This document shows positions 1 through 8,570 of a stretch of 64,000 nucleotides of DNA, in pieces. The notes under the pieces are model-generated. The model was not told where the DNA came from and made no database searches. It saw only the letters and a list, made by a program, of their open reading frames with translations. The stretch comes from an uncultured Nitrososphaerota archaeon. GTDB taxonomy: Archaea > Thermoproteota > Nitrososphaeria > Nitrososphaerales > Nitrosopumilaceae. The translations under genes and the position numbers were made by a program. Location: contig OY969559.1 of NCBI GenBank assembly GCA_963701075.1, forward strand, positions 1 to 64,000, given 5' to 3'. How positions within the stretch are numbered: position 1 is the first letter of the stretch; every line of letters begins with the position of its first letter.

Positions 1-35
1 GGAATTAAGAGAGGAGTTAGTTCAATGACCTTCTT

Positions 36-436
36 GTCAAAAAGACAAATCCATCATAACAAGGATTGAAACCATTAGACCTTTAGAACATGAAAATGCG
101 TTGATTTAGTCAAAAAGACAAATCCATCATAACAAGGATTGAAACTTATGTCAAACCTTTCTTCTATGAATCTACAAAGAAGTCAAAAAGACAAATCCAT
201 CATAACAAGGATTGAAACTCCAGCCTTGAGTGCATTGTAAACAGACTTTTCATCGTCAAAAAGACAAATCCATCATAACAAGGATTGAAACTACATACCA
301 AGTTGAATTGTTTGGACTTTCTTCTGTCAAAAAGACAAATCCATCATAACAAGGATTGAAACCTCCAATAGGATCCATCTTCAATGTAGGAGTTTTCTTG
401 TCAAAAAGACAAATCCATCATAACAAGGATTGAAAC
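36..436 (+). CRISPR. CRISPR array end: six identical 37-bp repeats with 34-37 bp spacers; continues beyond the window start
   Basis: GTCAAAAAGACAAATCCATCATAACAAGGATTGAAAC at 36-72, 109-145, 182-218, 255-291, 326-362 and 400-436. Spacers are unique, and 1-35 is a further (possibly partial) spacer. The 3' ATTGAAAC handle and ATCC/GGAT mini-stem imply + orientation and a class 1 (type I/III) repeat. Confidence 0.98.
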
Positions 437-689
437 TAGTTTATTGTTCCAGAATTGAAAACTAGAAAAAGAAAGCAAATGAAGATTAAGAGTGTATCAA
501 CGAATTAAAAAGTTCTAATAAAGACGAAATGATAATGAATTCAAATATTAAAAACCAACAGAAAATGACAATCTAAAAACTATAGGATTCTCTGATGATA
601 AAAAACAAAGGCAATGCAGAAGATCAGACAAAAAAAGAAAAGAAAAAATATGATGAAAATAGAAAGCAAATTACAAGTATAATAAAAGG

Positions 690-733
690 GTGCAGTCTTG
701 TGCAGTTTGAATATAATTGTGCAGTCTTGTGCA
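690..733. repeat. Iteron-like direct repeats, GTGCAGTCTTGTGCA x2 (four GTGCA units)
   Basis: Exact 15-mer at 690-704 and 719-733. GTGCA units are spaced 10, 19 and 10 bp apart in an AT-rich region upstream of the AbrB gene. Confidence 0.7.
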
Positions 734-957
734 ATCATTTTATCAAGTCACTCAAGCTTCAAGATTTTATGGGAATTGAACTACCTTAGATTTCAGTCTG
801 ACTGAGAACATAATGTCTGTTTTAACAAATTATGGAATAATAGTACTTTTGAGATAAGAGGTGAATAAAATAGAGTAATGTAACTGCATATCAAAAAGTA
901 ATATAACTTTTCATGATTCCAAAAAGATCTTTATTTCTTTTCAATTTTGCATAAAAG

Positions 958-1353
958 ATGAAAAGATATCAGAAAAGGCCGGAAAATTCTGCCTTAAATT
1001 CTACATCACATCATCATACCATGACAGAAGAGAATGAAAAGAAAACAGGATGCAAACATTATTCCAGGAAAGCGCAAAAGTACGGGCCAAAAGAAAAAAA
1101 CACATTGTCAATTACAATACCTTCAGAGTATGCAAGACATCTTGGCATAGTCAAGGGCATGAAGCTTTTCTTTAGGCTTGAGGATAACAAGATCATCATA
1201 TCAAAAGAAGAACCTGTTAGATGGAACCATGAAAAGATCTGCAATGACTTGGACAGCAGGCCAAGCTCAGGTCTTGATGCCTTGAATGAAAAAAGAGATG
1301 TAATGACAGAAGATATTGCTGAACAGTACCTAGAATCCCAGTTTGAAGTATAA
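958..1353 (+). CDS. AbrB/MazE/SpoVT-family DNA-binding protein
   Basis: Swapped-hairpin motif TLSITIPSEYARHLGIVKGMKLFFRLEDNKIIISK followed by an acidic C-terminal tail. Confidence 0.85.
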   Translation: MKRYQKRPENSALNSTSHHHTMTEENEKKTGCKHYSRKAQKYGPKEKNTLSITIPSEYARHLGIVKGMKLFFRLEDNKIIISKEEPVRWNHEKICNDLDSRPSSGLDALNEKRDVMTEDIAEQYLESQFEV

Positions 1354-1367
1354 TGATATCATCACTG

Positions 1368-2270
1368 TTATTTTTCTGCCACGATTTCAAGTAAGCGACT
1401 CATGCCAAGCACATTGCTAAAGACAGGATCCTGTGAGATGACAAGGTTTGTGTTCCGCACTCTGTGCTGCAGCTCCTGATAAAGCCCATCAATGAGGATG
1501 CCGCCACCTGAGATTATCACGTCTGGTTTTCCCGTAGACTGTCTTGGAATCATCTTGCTGATATCATCAAGCTCATCAGATATCAGGTCTGCCAAGGCGC
1601 ATACTCTAGTTCTTGATATCTTGCAATTTTTGATATCAACATAGGCAAGCTTGTCAGTTATATCATCAAACAGTAAAAAGTCAACTGCGTTCTTGAGCGA
1701 CCTGCCAAACTCTGCCCTAAGGTCTCTGTAGCAGACAATCTCTGTCGTGCCCTGCCCTATCGATATCACTATTCCCTCACTCTTGCCTTCGCATACAAGA
1801 GTACCAATGCTTTGGCTTACCACCAAACATCTTGCTGGTTTGATGGCAGATTTTACAAGCCTTCGCATCTCTTCTTTTTGAGACCTGTTTCCGTACGGTA
1901 TTCCTGTTATGACTGTCACACTTGAAAGATCCTGTTCTGACATATCCAGCCTTTTTACGGACTCGTGTACCAGTGCCTTGAATGGTTTCTCCAAGAGAGG
2001 CATTCCTTCTGAGACTCCGCGCAGAACCACTGCAGTAGGATAGACCTGCATCTCAATTGCCTTTTCCCCAACGGCTTCTATGATCTTGTTTCTTTTTTCG
2101 TCTACATTTCTACCCATTATATCATCATCCAATCTGGATGGTTCCCTGTATCCATAAAGAGATGGAAACTTTACCTTTCTGTCACCATAGGATGCCTTGA
2201 CAAAACCGCTGCCCATATCAAGTGCAAGTACAGGCTGCTTTTTGTTTGGGATTGTTTCGTTCTCATTCAT
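1368..2270 (-). CDS. ParM/StbA-family actin-like ATPase
   Basis: Phosphate-1 LALDMGSGFVK, FPS motif, ITGIP, phosphate-2 ISIGQGTTE, adenosine IISGGG, connect-2 DPVFSNVLG. Confidence 0.88.
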   Translation of the reverse strand: MNENETIPNKKQPVLALDMGSGFVKASYGDRKVKFPSLYGYREPSRLDDDIMGRNVDEKRNKIIEAVGEKAIEMQVYPTAVVLRGVSEGMPLLEKPFKALVHESVKRLDMSEQDLSSVTVITGIPYGNRSQKEEMRRLVKSAIKPARCLVVSQSIGTLVCEGKSEGIVISIGQGTTEIVCYRDLRAEFGRSLKNAVDFLLFDDITDKLAYVDIKNCKISRTRVCALADLISDELDDISKMIPRQSTGKPDVIISGGGILIDGLYQELQHRVRNTNLVISQDPVFSNVLGMSRLLEIVAEK

Positions 2271-2379
2271 TGTTTCTCAGATACACAAATGTCTGAAGTT
2301 TATAAGGCATAAAATGAGGGAACCGGCACGGATGTACTGTATAGATAGAATAGTTCTTTTCTGATATTGCAGAGATAAA

Positions 2380-3258
2380 TCAAGTCAGAGACTTGCAAAG
2401 TTGGACAAGTCTCTGTTTCTCGTCCTCTTCTTTTCTTACTATCTTATCGTATTTTTTTAGGTTGAGGTATTGTTTTATGCTACATTCCAGTATCTCGCGC
2501 AAGACCTCAGGTCCTAGGGCATCAAGCTCCCATGATTTATCGCCATGTTCTGCCCTGTATCGAGGAGATCGTGTATCGGACCTTTTGGTAGGATTTGGTG
2601 GAAGCTTGTATTCTTCTACTTGGTTTCTTGTGAGTGCTATCTTTTCCACTTTGACATTGACATAAAAGCGATTCAGTCTTTCCTGTATGTCTCGTACCAT
2701 GTCTTCACCACTTGGGTCATGGTCTCCAAGGTATAGAATAACGCAGTTCTTGTGTATGCCATATGCCTGTCTTGTCATACGTTGGGCAGACTCGAATATT
2801 GCACTTGCAGAAGAATAGCCGCGATTTACAAGAAGATTGACATGATATTTTCTGGTTATTGGCTCTATCACACCAGACAATGCATCTTTTTCTACCCAGA
2901 CCTCGATGTAGTAATTTTGATTTTTCCACCTGTCGAGTCTGTATGAATTTGCAGCTGCCATTGCAAACTCTTGCAAGTTTTCAAAGTGAGCCGGAATCCT
3001 TGACACTCTCCCTCTGTCCTCTATTGCCTCCCAGTCAACCATTCCTGCCATCCTTGCATCTGTAAGTAATCGGCTGAGTTTTTTGTATTCCCTGGGCAGA
3101 TTTTCCACGATATTTTTTGAAACAAGTTGATAATACAGCTGCCTTAGTGTCAGCGAATAGCCCTTGTTTTGGTACTCGGCAATTACTTGGGTTACTTTGT
3201 CTAGCAAGGCTGCGGTCCTTCCACTGAATCTTTTTTTAATAAAATTAATTCTTGTCAT
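2380..3258 (-). CDS. TopoVI-A/Spo11-like winged-helix + TOPRIM domain protein
   Basis: TLRQLYY (WH tyrosine), IEVWVEKDAL, NRGYSS, ILYLGDHDPSG (DxD) and WELDAL motifs. Start placed at ATG 3258. Confidence 0.85.
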   Translation of the reverse strand: MTRINFIKKRFSGRTAALLDKVTQVIAEYQNKGYSLTLRQLYYQLVSKNIVENLPREYKKLSRLLTDARMAGMVDWEAIEDRGRVSRIPAHFENLQEFAMAAANSYRLDRWKNQNYYIEVWVEKDALSGVIEPITRKYHVNLLVNRGYSSASAIFESAQRMTRQAYGIHKNCVILYLGDHDPSGEDMVRDIQERLNRFYVNVKVEKIALTRNQVEEYKLPPNPTKRSDTRSPRYRAEHGDKSWELDALGPEVLREILECSIKQYLNLKKYDKIVRKEEDEKQRLVQLCKSLT

Positions 3259-3479
3259 AAAAATATTGCAGGTTACATTACCACAACAGGCTATTAGCAT
3301 TTTTGAAGTCACCAAGCTTGACTGGATGTTGAGAGTCATTACACCAAGCGATCTAGTAAATAACGATCTCTTGACTATAAAATAATTTCTGAAAAAGATA
3401 AGAGAAATTTGGAATGTTGATAGGTAAATTTCATTAGCTGAGCAAGATACACTATACCTCTGAAACTGCCTTTGGTTTT

Positions 3480-4805
3480 TCAGACAAGCTGCAGTGCCAT
3501 CTCAAGTGTCTCCCTGCATGCCTTCTCTGCCGCAGAGTCGCTATCAACTAACGCAAGTGGAGTTGTGATGCCCCTAAAGTCTTTGAGATTCTCAGTAGAT
3601 ATTACCGTAGCCCAGACTCTACCGTTTGCAACGTTTCTGACAAAGAGAATCATGGATACGCCAAACTTTTTTGCAGTCTTGATCTCGGCCAGCAGCTTGA
3701 TCTTTCCAATCCACCTCTGCTTTGCCGAGCCATAGACTGAGAGGGTCAGAGACTTGAAGGCACCTACGCACTTTATTGTACCATCAATGTGAAATTCAAA
3801 GTCAGGTGTTCCATTGAGCAGGCTGCACTTGTGATTCTTGCCTTGCAATGAAAGATATTCTGAGAACCGTAACTGCTCCTGATTTCCCATCTCCCTGTTA
3901 CGAAGACCGTCTTCCCGTGTCAGTTTATGTGTGTGATTAGACTTTTGGCCACTTTGGTAGATTTGTGGTTGTGTATCAAGTATATCCAAAGGCTCTATTG
4001 CTTGTGTTTCTTTTGACCCCGATACTGCATCATCTTTGTTTGCTGCACTAGTTTCATGCAAGTCAGATTCTAGATCAAGAAGATCCAAAAAGACATCCAG
4101 TCTGTCCAAAAGTAATTCTGCTTGTTGCGCAAGTTTTGTTTGTATTTCGGAGCTGTCCTTGTGCTCGTTGAGCCATTTGTCATATTGGCCAACAATCATT
4201 TTGTACTTTTCATCGCTTGATGTCATATCAGATGTCATCTCATTCAAGGCCTGTTCTGTATGATCTACACTTTTTTTCAATTCAGCTAGTGAGGTATCAT
4301 TAGTGGTCATAGCCCACCCCAATAAGCGGACAAATGAGGTATGGGTATGCATATCTTTCCGCATGACCGACAACTCATTTTTTAGAGGCTTGAGCATCTC
4401 TTCTGATTGCCTATTTGCTATTTTTATGACATCAGACTCTCTGTCTCTGATTAGACTGGAATGCTCTAGCATCCTGTGATATAATTTCCAGGATGCAAGC
4501 AATGAGGCTGCCAGTGAGCCAATCCAGATTACCACAAAAGTAGACAGGGCTGTTGATTGGTCAAATAACTGTACATAGATTAACAACAACACAAATGAAA
4601 CGGCAATAAATATTCCTGCAATCGAAAGTATTCTTCTTAGAGATTCTTTCAATGTATCTTTGCTTAGATGGCTTCCAACATCCAGTATGACATAGAATGT
4701 GATAATGCCGACCAGTCCTTCTGTCGCTATGTTCAATTGGTTTGCATCCAGAAATGTTTCACCACCTTGAAAATATGTGTACCATTTAAGGAGAAAAAAT
4801 CTCAT
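3480..4805 (-). CDS. Membrane protein: about 3 N-terminal TM helices, coiled coil and a C-terminal PD-(D/E)xK-like domain
   Basis: Hydrophobic segments in aa ~25-105, heptad-rich aa ~120-245, and C-terminal GNQEQ..L...G..GTPDFEF....VGAFKS resembling an Hjc/restriction-endonuclease fold. Confidence 0.6.
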   Translation of the reverse strand: MRFFLLKWYTYFQGGETFLDANQLNIATEGLVGIITFYVILDVGSHLSKDTLKESLRRILSIAGIFIAVSFVLLLIYVQLFDQSTALSTFVVIWIGSLAASLLASWKLYHRMLEHSSLIRDRESDVIKIANRQSEEMLKPLKNELSVMRKDMHTHTSFVRLLGWAMTTNDTSLAELKKSVDHTEQALNEMTSDMTSSDEKYKMIVGQYDKWLNEHKDSSEIQTKLAQQAELLLDRLDVFLDLLDLESDLHETSAANKDDAVSGSKETQAIEPLDILDTQPQIYQSGQKSNHTHKLTREDGLRNREMGNQEQLRFSEYLSLQGKNHKCSLLNGTPDFEFHIDGTIKCVGAFKSLTLSVYGSAKQRWIGKIKLLAEIKTAKKFGVSMILFVRNVANGRVWATVISTENLKDFRGITTPLALVDSDSAAEKACRETLEMALQLV

Positions 4806-4900
4806 CTAATTTCTAAAAAAACCATTGTAGACAATGCAGACATTCCTTGAGATGCATAATACTCAACAGGAATACAGAATAGATAACCACTAAGATCCAT

Positions 4901-4942
4901 GGTAAACAAGGGTAAACGTTTTTTTGTTTATCATTATTCACC
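4901..4942. repeat. Imperfect 17-bp inverted repeat containing tandem GGTAAAC (operator-like)
   Basis: GGTAAACAAGGGTAAAC (4901-4917) versus the reverse complement of 4926-4942 (GGTGAATAATGATAAAC): 13/17 match. Confidence 0.5.
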
Positions 4943-5074
4943 TTCACTGAAATGTCTATCCTTTCATGCCTGGAAATGGTATACAACCATCCCTTCCCAG
5001 CAAGATATCATGAATATTTGGAATTATTTGTAAAATCGCAATAAAACATACTCTATAGTATATGATGGGCTGTT

Positions 5075-5099
5075 ACTAGTAACTAGCGGTGCCACTAGT
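5075..5099. repeat. Direct repeat copy 1, just after the ATPase stop codon
   Basis: ACTAGTAACTAGCGGTGCCACTAGT, 21/25 identical to 6235-6259. Confidence 0.8.
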
Positions 5100-5103
5100 C
5101 ATA

Positions 5104-6226
5104 TTAACTTAGGAAGGAGAAACGCAAAAGCGGATCAGAAATAAAATATTCTTCAGAAGTTTTTTCAATAAAACTTGACTTTAGAAGGCTGTCTAGCAGG
5201 TCATTAAAGTTCTTGTCGTATATTGTCTCTCCTGATTTCAACTCTAGATAATCTTTCAGAGATTTCCAACCAGATCGCCTGGTGGCAAGTGCTGTCATTA
5301 TTGTTTCATATCTTGACTTGGCAGTTCGGTTTTCCAAGAATTTGTCAAATTCAGATCTGGCAAGTATGGCACCATCTTTTTTTGTTTCCAGGATGTATTT
5401 AGAACTGATTTGTTTTTTTCTAACGCAGGTCAAACCAAACTTGATCAGCCAACCAATTATTCCTCCTAGTTCCTCTGATGCCTCTGAGATTACATGAGAA
5501 TCTTTTTGTGTTATCTTGATTTTTTCTTGTGCAAAGCCCTGTACTAGAAAATTCTCACTCTGGGTCTTGTCTAACGGTTTTATCTTTATCTCCCATGCAA
5601 TTCTGCCAAAAAGAGGTGATTTTGGGTTTTGTAATCCTAGAAATTCATGCAACAATCCAATTTCAGAGCCAGTAAGAATCAATATTATATTTTTACAGTC
5701 TATCATAAATTGAAGCAAATATGCTATTCATGTCAACGTGTTGTGATTTTCTAAATTCCTGTGCTTCGTCAACTGCTACTAAAATAATCGTGTTGTTATT
5801 TTTTGCCCATGTGTTTAGCTTGTCAAATAGACTTCTAAAGTCTAATTCATTTTTTGATTGCCAGTCAAAATTTACTCCCAAGGGACCAACAGTTACTCCC
5901 CTCACAGATCTAAATATGTCAACAAACTTGGCTTTCATGGACTCGTGTGAATCAAGAAATTGTTGAATGCTACTTTGAAAAAGGTTTACTACATCTTTTC
6001 TTGTTATGTGTTTCTTTGATCCCAAATCACGAAGATCAATTATTATGTTGAATTTAGATCTCTTGGTGATTACCGTTTTCATGACTGAAGTTTTTCCTAC
6101 TCGTCTAAGCCCCGTGATAATTATCAGTGGGGACGGTCTGCTTATGGCATCTTCTAATTCTGCAACCTCGTTTTTTCTTCCAAAGAGATACTTGAGGTTG
6201 TCTTTGGGTCGTTCATCAAACAGCAA
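5104..6226 (-). CDS. Archaeal ATPase (P-loop ATP-binding protein with C-terminal wHTH); +1 frameshift near 5699 is probably an assembly error
   Basis: N-terminus MLFDERPK..LFGRKNE, Walker A GLRRVGKTS, Walker B VAVDEAQ, then ILTGSEIG and PLFGR in the second ORF. The two ORFs join at the AGTCT at 5697-5701. Confidence 0.88.
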
Positions 6227-6234
6227 GTGTTATC

Positions 6235-6259
6235 ACTAGTTACTAGTGGTACAACTAGT
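6235..6259. repeat. Direct repeat copy 2, just before the ATPase start codon
   Basis: ACTAGTTACTAGTGGTACAACTAGT; includes the palindrome CACTAGT-T-ACTAGTG. Confidence 0.8.
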
Positions 6260-6541
6260 TAAAGTAATCGGGATTGTAAAAGGCGTTTGTAGATACAGAT
6301 TCTAAAATTTCTGATAAGTTCAAATAAAGATTCTGACTCAAAATTGATTCCCATTCATACTTTTAGTTTATTTTCATAAACCTTTTGATCCTACAAAAAT
6401 AATTTTGACAAGGTGTAGATCTTGTTTTCTAAAGATTATCCATATAATGCTAAAGAATTGAAAATATCGTTTAGCCTTTTAGTGTCTTTTATTTCTCCAT
6501 TTGTGATTTTTTAACTCAAACACATCTGATCTAGTCTTTAA

Positions 6542-6919
6542 ATGGAAACTAGATTTTATCCTGTAATGAAGACAGAATATATCAAATCATTACAAGATGA
6601 GCTTGACAGGCTCAAAACAATTACAGGAATCAAAAAAGAGTTCAAAATAGTCTGGTCTCCAAGACAGAATGGACAAAAAGAGGGTGAAGTCATAGGCAGT
6701 ACAATCTACATCTATTCCACAAGCCCTCATATTGCACTGCAGACTCTGAGGCATGAATTTTTCGATCTAATTGTTAGCAATGCCATCAAACCATACATGA
6801 ATCTGGTAAATGCTCTATTGTCAGTTATAGGAGAGAGCACTTACAAGAACAAAGAGGAGGCTGTAGAGTCCTTGTTGTTGCTGTGTAAATCTACAGCAAA
6901 TGAACACCTTGCATCTTGA
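6542..6919 (+). CDS. Hypothetical protein with a zincin-like HExxD motif
   Basis: IYIYS...LQTLRHEFFD resembles SprT/M48-like minimal metalloprotease folds with the second His replaced. Confidence 0.6.
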   Translation: METRFYPVMKTEYIKSLQDELDRLKTITGIKKEFKIVWSPRQNGQKEGEVIGSTIYIYSTSPHIALQTLRHEFFDLIVSNAIKPYMNLVNALLSVIGESTYKNKEEAVESLLLLCKSTANEHLAS

Positions 6920-6959
6920 AATATTCCTAGTCCATCCAAGTTCCAGTTTTAATGAATTC

Positions 6960-6994
6960 ATTACGCCAAAAGGCGTTACGCCAAATGGCGTAAT
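6960..6994. repeat. Tandem overlapping palindromes downstream of the integrase
   Basis: ATTACGCCAAAAGGCGTTACGCCAAATGGCGTAAT: two 15-bp units, each with a TACGCC..GGCGT inverted core. Confidence 0.75.
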
Positions 6995-7045
6995 ATGTGA
7001 ATTAGAAATATCCTGTATGCAAAATTGCATGCTTAAATTATTTTG

Positions 7046-8365
7046 CTAGACGAGCTTGCGGATTAGGATCCTGCCACTTGAAAGCTCTTTTACCACGTCC
7101 CAGCCTTTTTTGACATACAGTACAAGATTGTCTTCATCGACCAGTAGACTGTCGTATTTTTCGTTCTCTTTTTCTTTCATTGATTCCTGGATTGCAATTT
7201 TGATTGCCTCAATCTTGTTCTCGACTGGAACCGGGCCATCATTTCTTTGCTTTTCTATTTTTATCTTCAGTGGATCTATTCCATAGAGCGTGGCCTGCTC
7301 CTTCCACATCTCAAGCAAGAATTCTTTTTTGTCTTTTTCTTGAATCTCTTCTGTGGATACAAACTGCTCGCTTTGCTGGAAAGCTCGCCTCATGTCTTCA
7401 ATCATTTCATCTGATAGTCTTCCCTTGTTTGTGGTATACCTTGCCTCCATGTCGCCCTTGTGACCCATAAAGAACTGCCTGTATGCATGTGCGATTTTTC
7501 CGTGACTTTCTGCCAGGAGCAGCTGCGTGTCAAAGTACGATCGTAGAACATACGGTCTTGCCTTCTTTACAGACCAGATTGCTTTTCTTATCTCTGCCGT
7601 GATTGCTTTGGTTGTAAGAATTGGATTGCTTGATCTATTTCCTTTCTGGTCATATCCCCTGCTTACTGATATGACAGGAGAATCGCTTGCAAGAGATTCG
7701 CCGTCGGTAATGCGGGCCCTGAGATACCCAAGAAGATACTGGCACCCCTGGTCTGTAAGAAAAGTGATGTACTTGTGTCTTGCCTTGCTAAGCGATGGCC
7801 TGACTAGAATCATTGCAGGGATTCTTTTGAAATGTATCTCGTTTTGTTCCATGACAAGATCTGAAATATCTGATATCCTCAATGCGTCAGAGCCATCATC
7901 TTTTCCAAGCACCTGTGGCCTCAGCCCTGCAAATGCCATGAGGCTGATGCTTGCCCTGCCTCTTCTTGTTGCGGCATTTAGGATATCTTTTAGCTCCTGT
8001 TTTGATGGTATCTTTTCATTTTGTAGTGTGACTGCAATGTCAGAGTTTGCTATCTTTATCTTTCGTCTCAGCTCGATGTAGTTGTAGAAAAGCCATGACT
8101 TGATTGCCTTTAGTATGTCATCAATGTAGCTTGGAGCATACTGTTTTGATTCAAGGTATGATACATGATCATGCAGGAGATCTTCAAGCTTTCTTGCATC
8201 CTCTTTTCCAATTGATACAAGCTCCTTCGGAGTTGTCTTGTACTGGATACAGAAGAGGTTCAATCTTCGCAGTCTTACGCTTGCAGTCAGCTTGCTTCCC
8301 CTGCAAAGGTTCTCGTACCATCTCCTAACGTCTGCATCTTCAAGGAGTCTTGTACATTTTTGCAT
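7046..8365 (-). CDS. int: Site-specific tyrosine integrase
   Basis: AGLRP (R), RPYVLRSYF (YxxR), MGHKG and ARYT (catalytic Y), with an N-terminal core-binding domain. Adjacent to the tRNA; the frame stays open upstream into the tRNA (track ORF to 8455). Confidence 0.93.
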   Translation of the reverse strand: MQKCTRLLEDADVRRWYENLCRGSKLTASVRLRRLNLFCIQYKTTPKELVSIGKEDARKLEDLLHDHVSYLESKQYAPSYIDDILKAIKSWLFYNYIELRRKIKIANSDIAVTLQNEKIPSKQELKDILNAATRRGRASISLMAFAGLRPQVLGKDDGSDALRISDISDLVMEQNEIHFKRIPAMILVRPSLSKARHKYITFLTDQGCQYLLGYLRARITDGESLASDSPVISVSRGYDQKGNRSSNPILTTKAITAEIRKAIWSVKKARPYVLRSYFDTQLLLAESHGKIAHAYRQFFMGHKGDMEARYTTNKGRLSDEMIEDMRRAFQQSEQFVSTEEIQEKDKKEFLLEMWKEQATLYGIDPLKIKIEKQRNDGPVPVENKIEAIKIAIQESMKEKENEKYDSLLVDEDNLVLYVKKGWDVVKELSSGRILIRKLV

Positions 8366-8414
8366 ATCTACAAAATTTTTCTTGTTTTTAAGGGGTTTCG
8401 AACTGTATAGTAGG

Positions 8415-8486
8415 TGGACTGGAGGGGATTTGAACCCCTGACCCCCCGCGTGCAAGGCGGGTATTCTACCGCTGAACTACCAGCCC
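8415..8486 (-). tRNA. tRNA-Ala(UGC)
   Basis: GGGCTGG..CCAGTCCA acceptor with G3:U70, anticodon arm CCCGC-CTTGCAC-GCGGG, GGTTCAAATCC T-arm. Confidence 0.97.
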
Positions 8487-8570
8487 ATTGCATGAATTGA
8501 AAAGTGTGCAGATTTTAATTGTTCCCTTTAGGTGGCAAAGATTTTATTGATATTGCACATCAAAATCATC

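Larger units (their letters stand above)
1..8486. mobile_element. Right arm of an integrative element inserted at the 3' end of tRNA-Ala(UGC); left boundary lies outside the window
   Basis: A tyrosine integrase abuts the tRNA 3' end and the cargo is accessory (CRISPR, AbrB, ParM-like, TOPRIM, archaeal ATPase). Core genes resume right of the tRNA. No second att copy was seen in 1-8400. Confidence 0.8.

Noticed and set aside
1-399. Assigning type III from antisense-coding spacers, or self-targeting within the window
   Set aside because: Several spacers have open frames on both strands. No match was noticed by eye, and an exhaustive search could not be run.
437-600. AT-rich tract as CRISPR leader; AATTGAAAAC at ~453 as a seventh repeat
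   Set aside because: The ATTGAAAC handle places the leader on the other side, outside the window. The partial match is too short and at the wrong spacing.
595-789. 64-aa Lys-rich ORF after the CRISPR array
   Set aside because: Low-complexity A-rich sequence that overlaps the iteron-like repeats and has no recognisable domain; probably non-coding.
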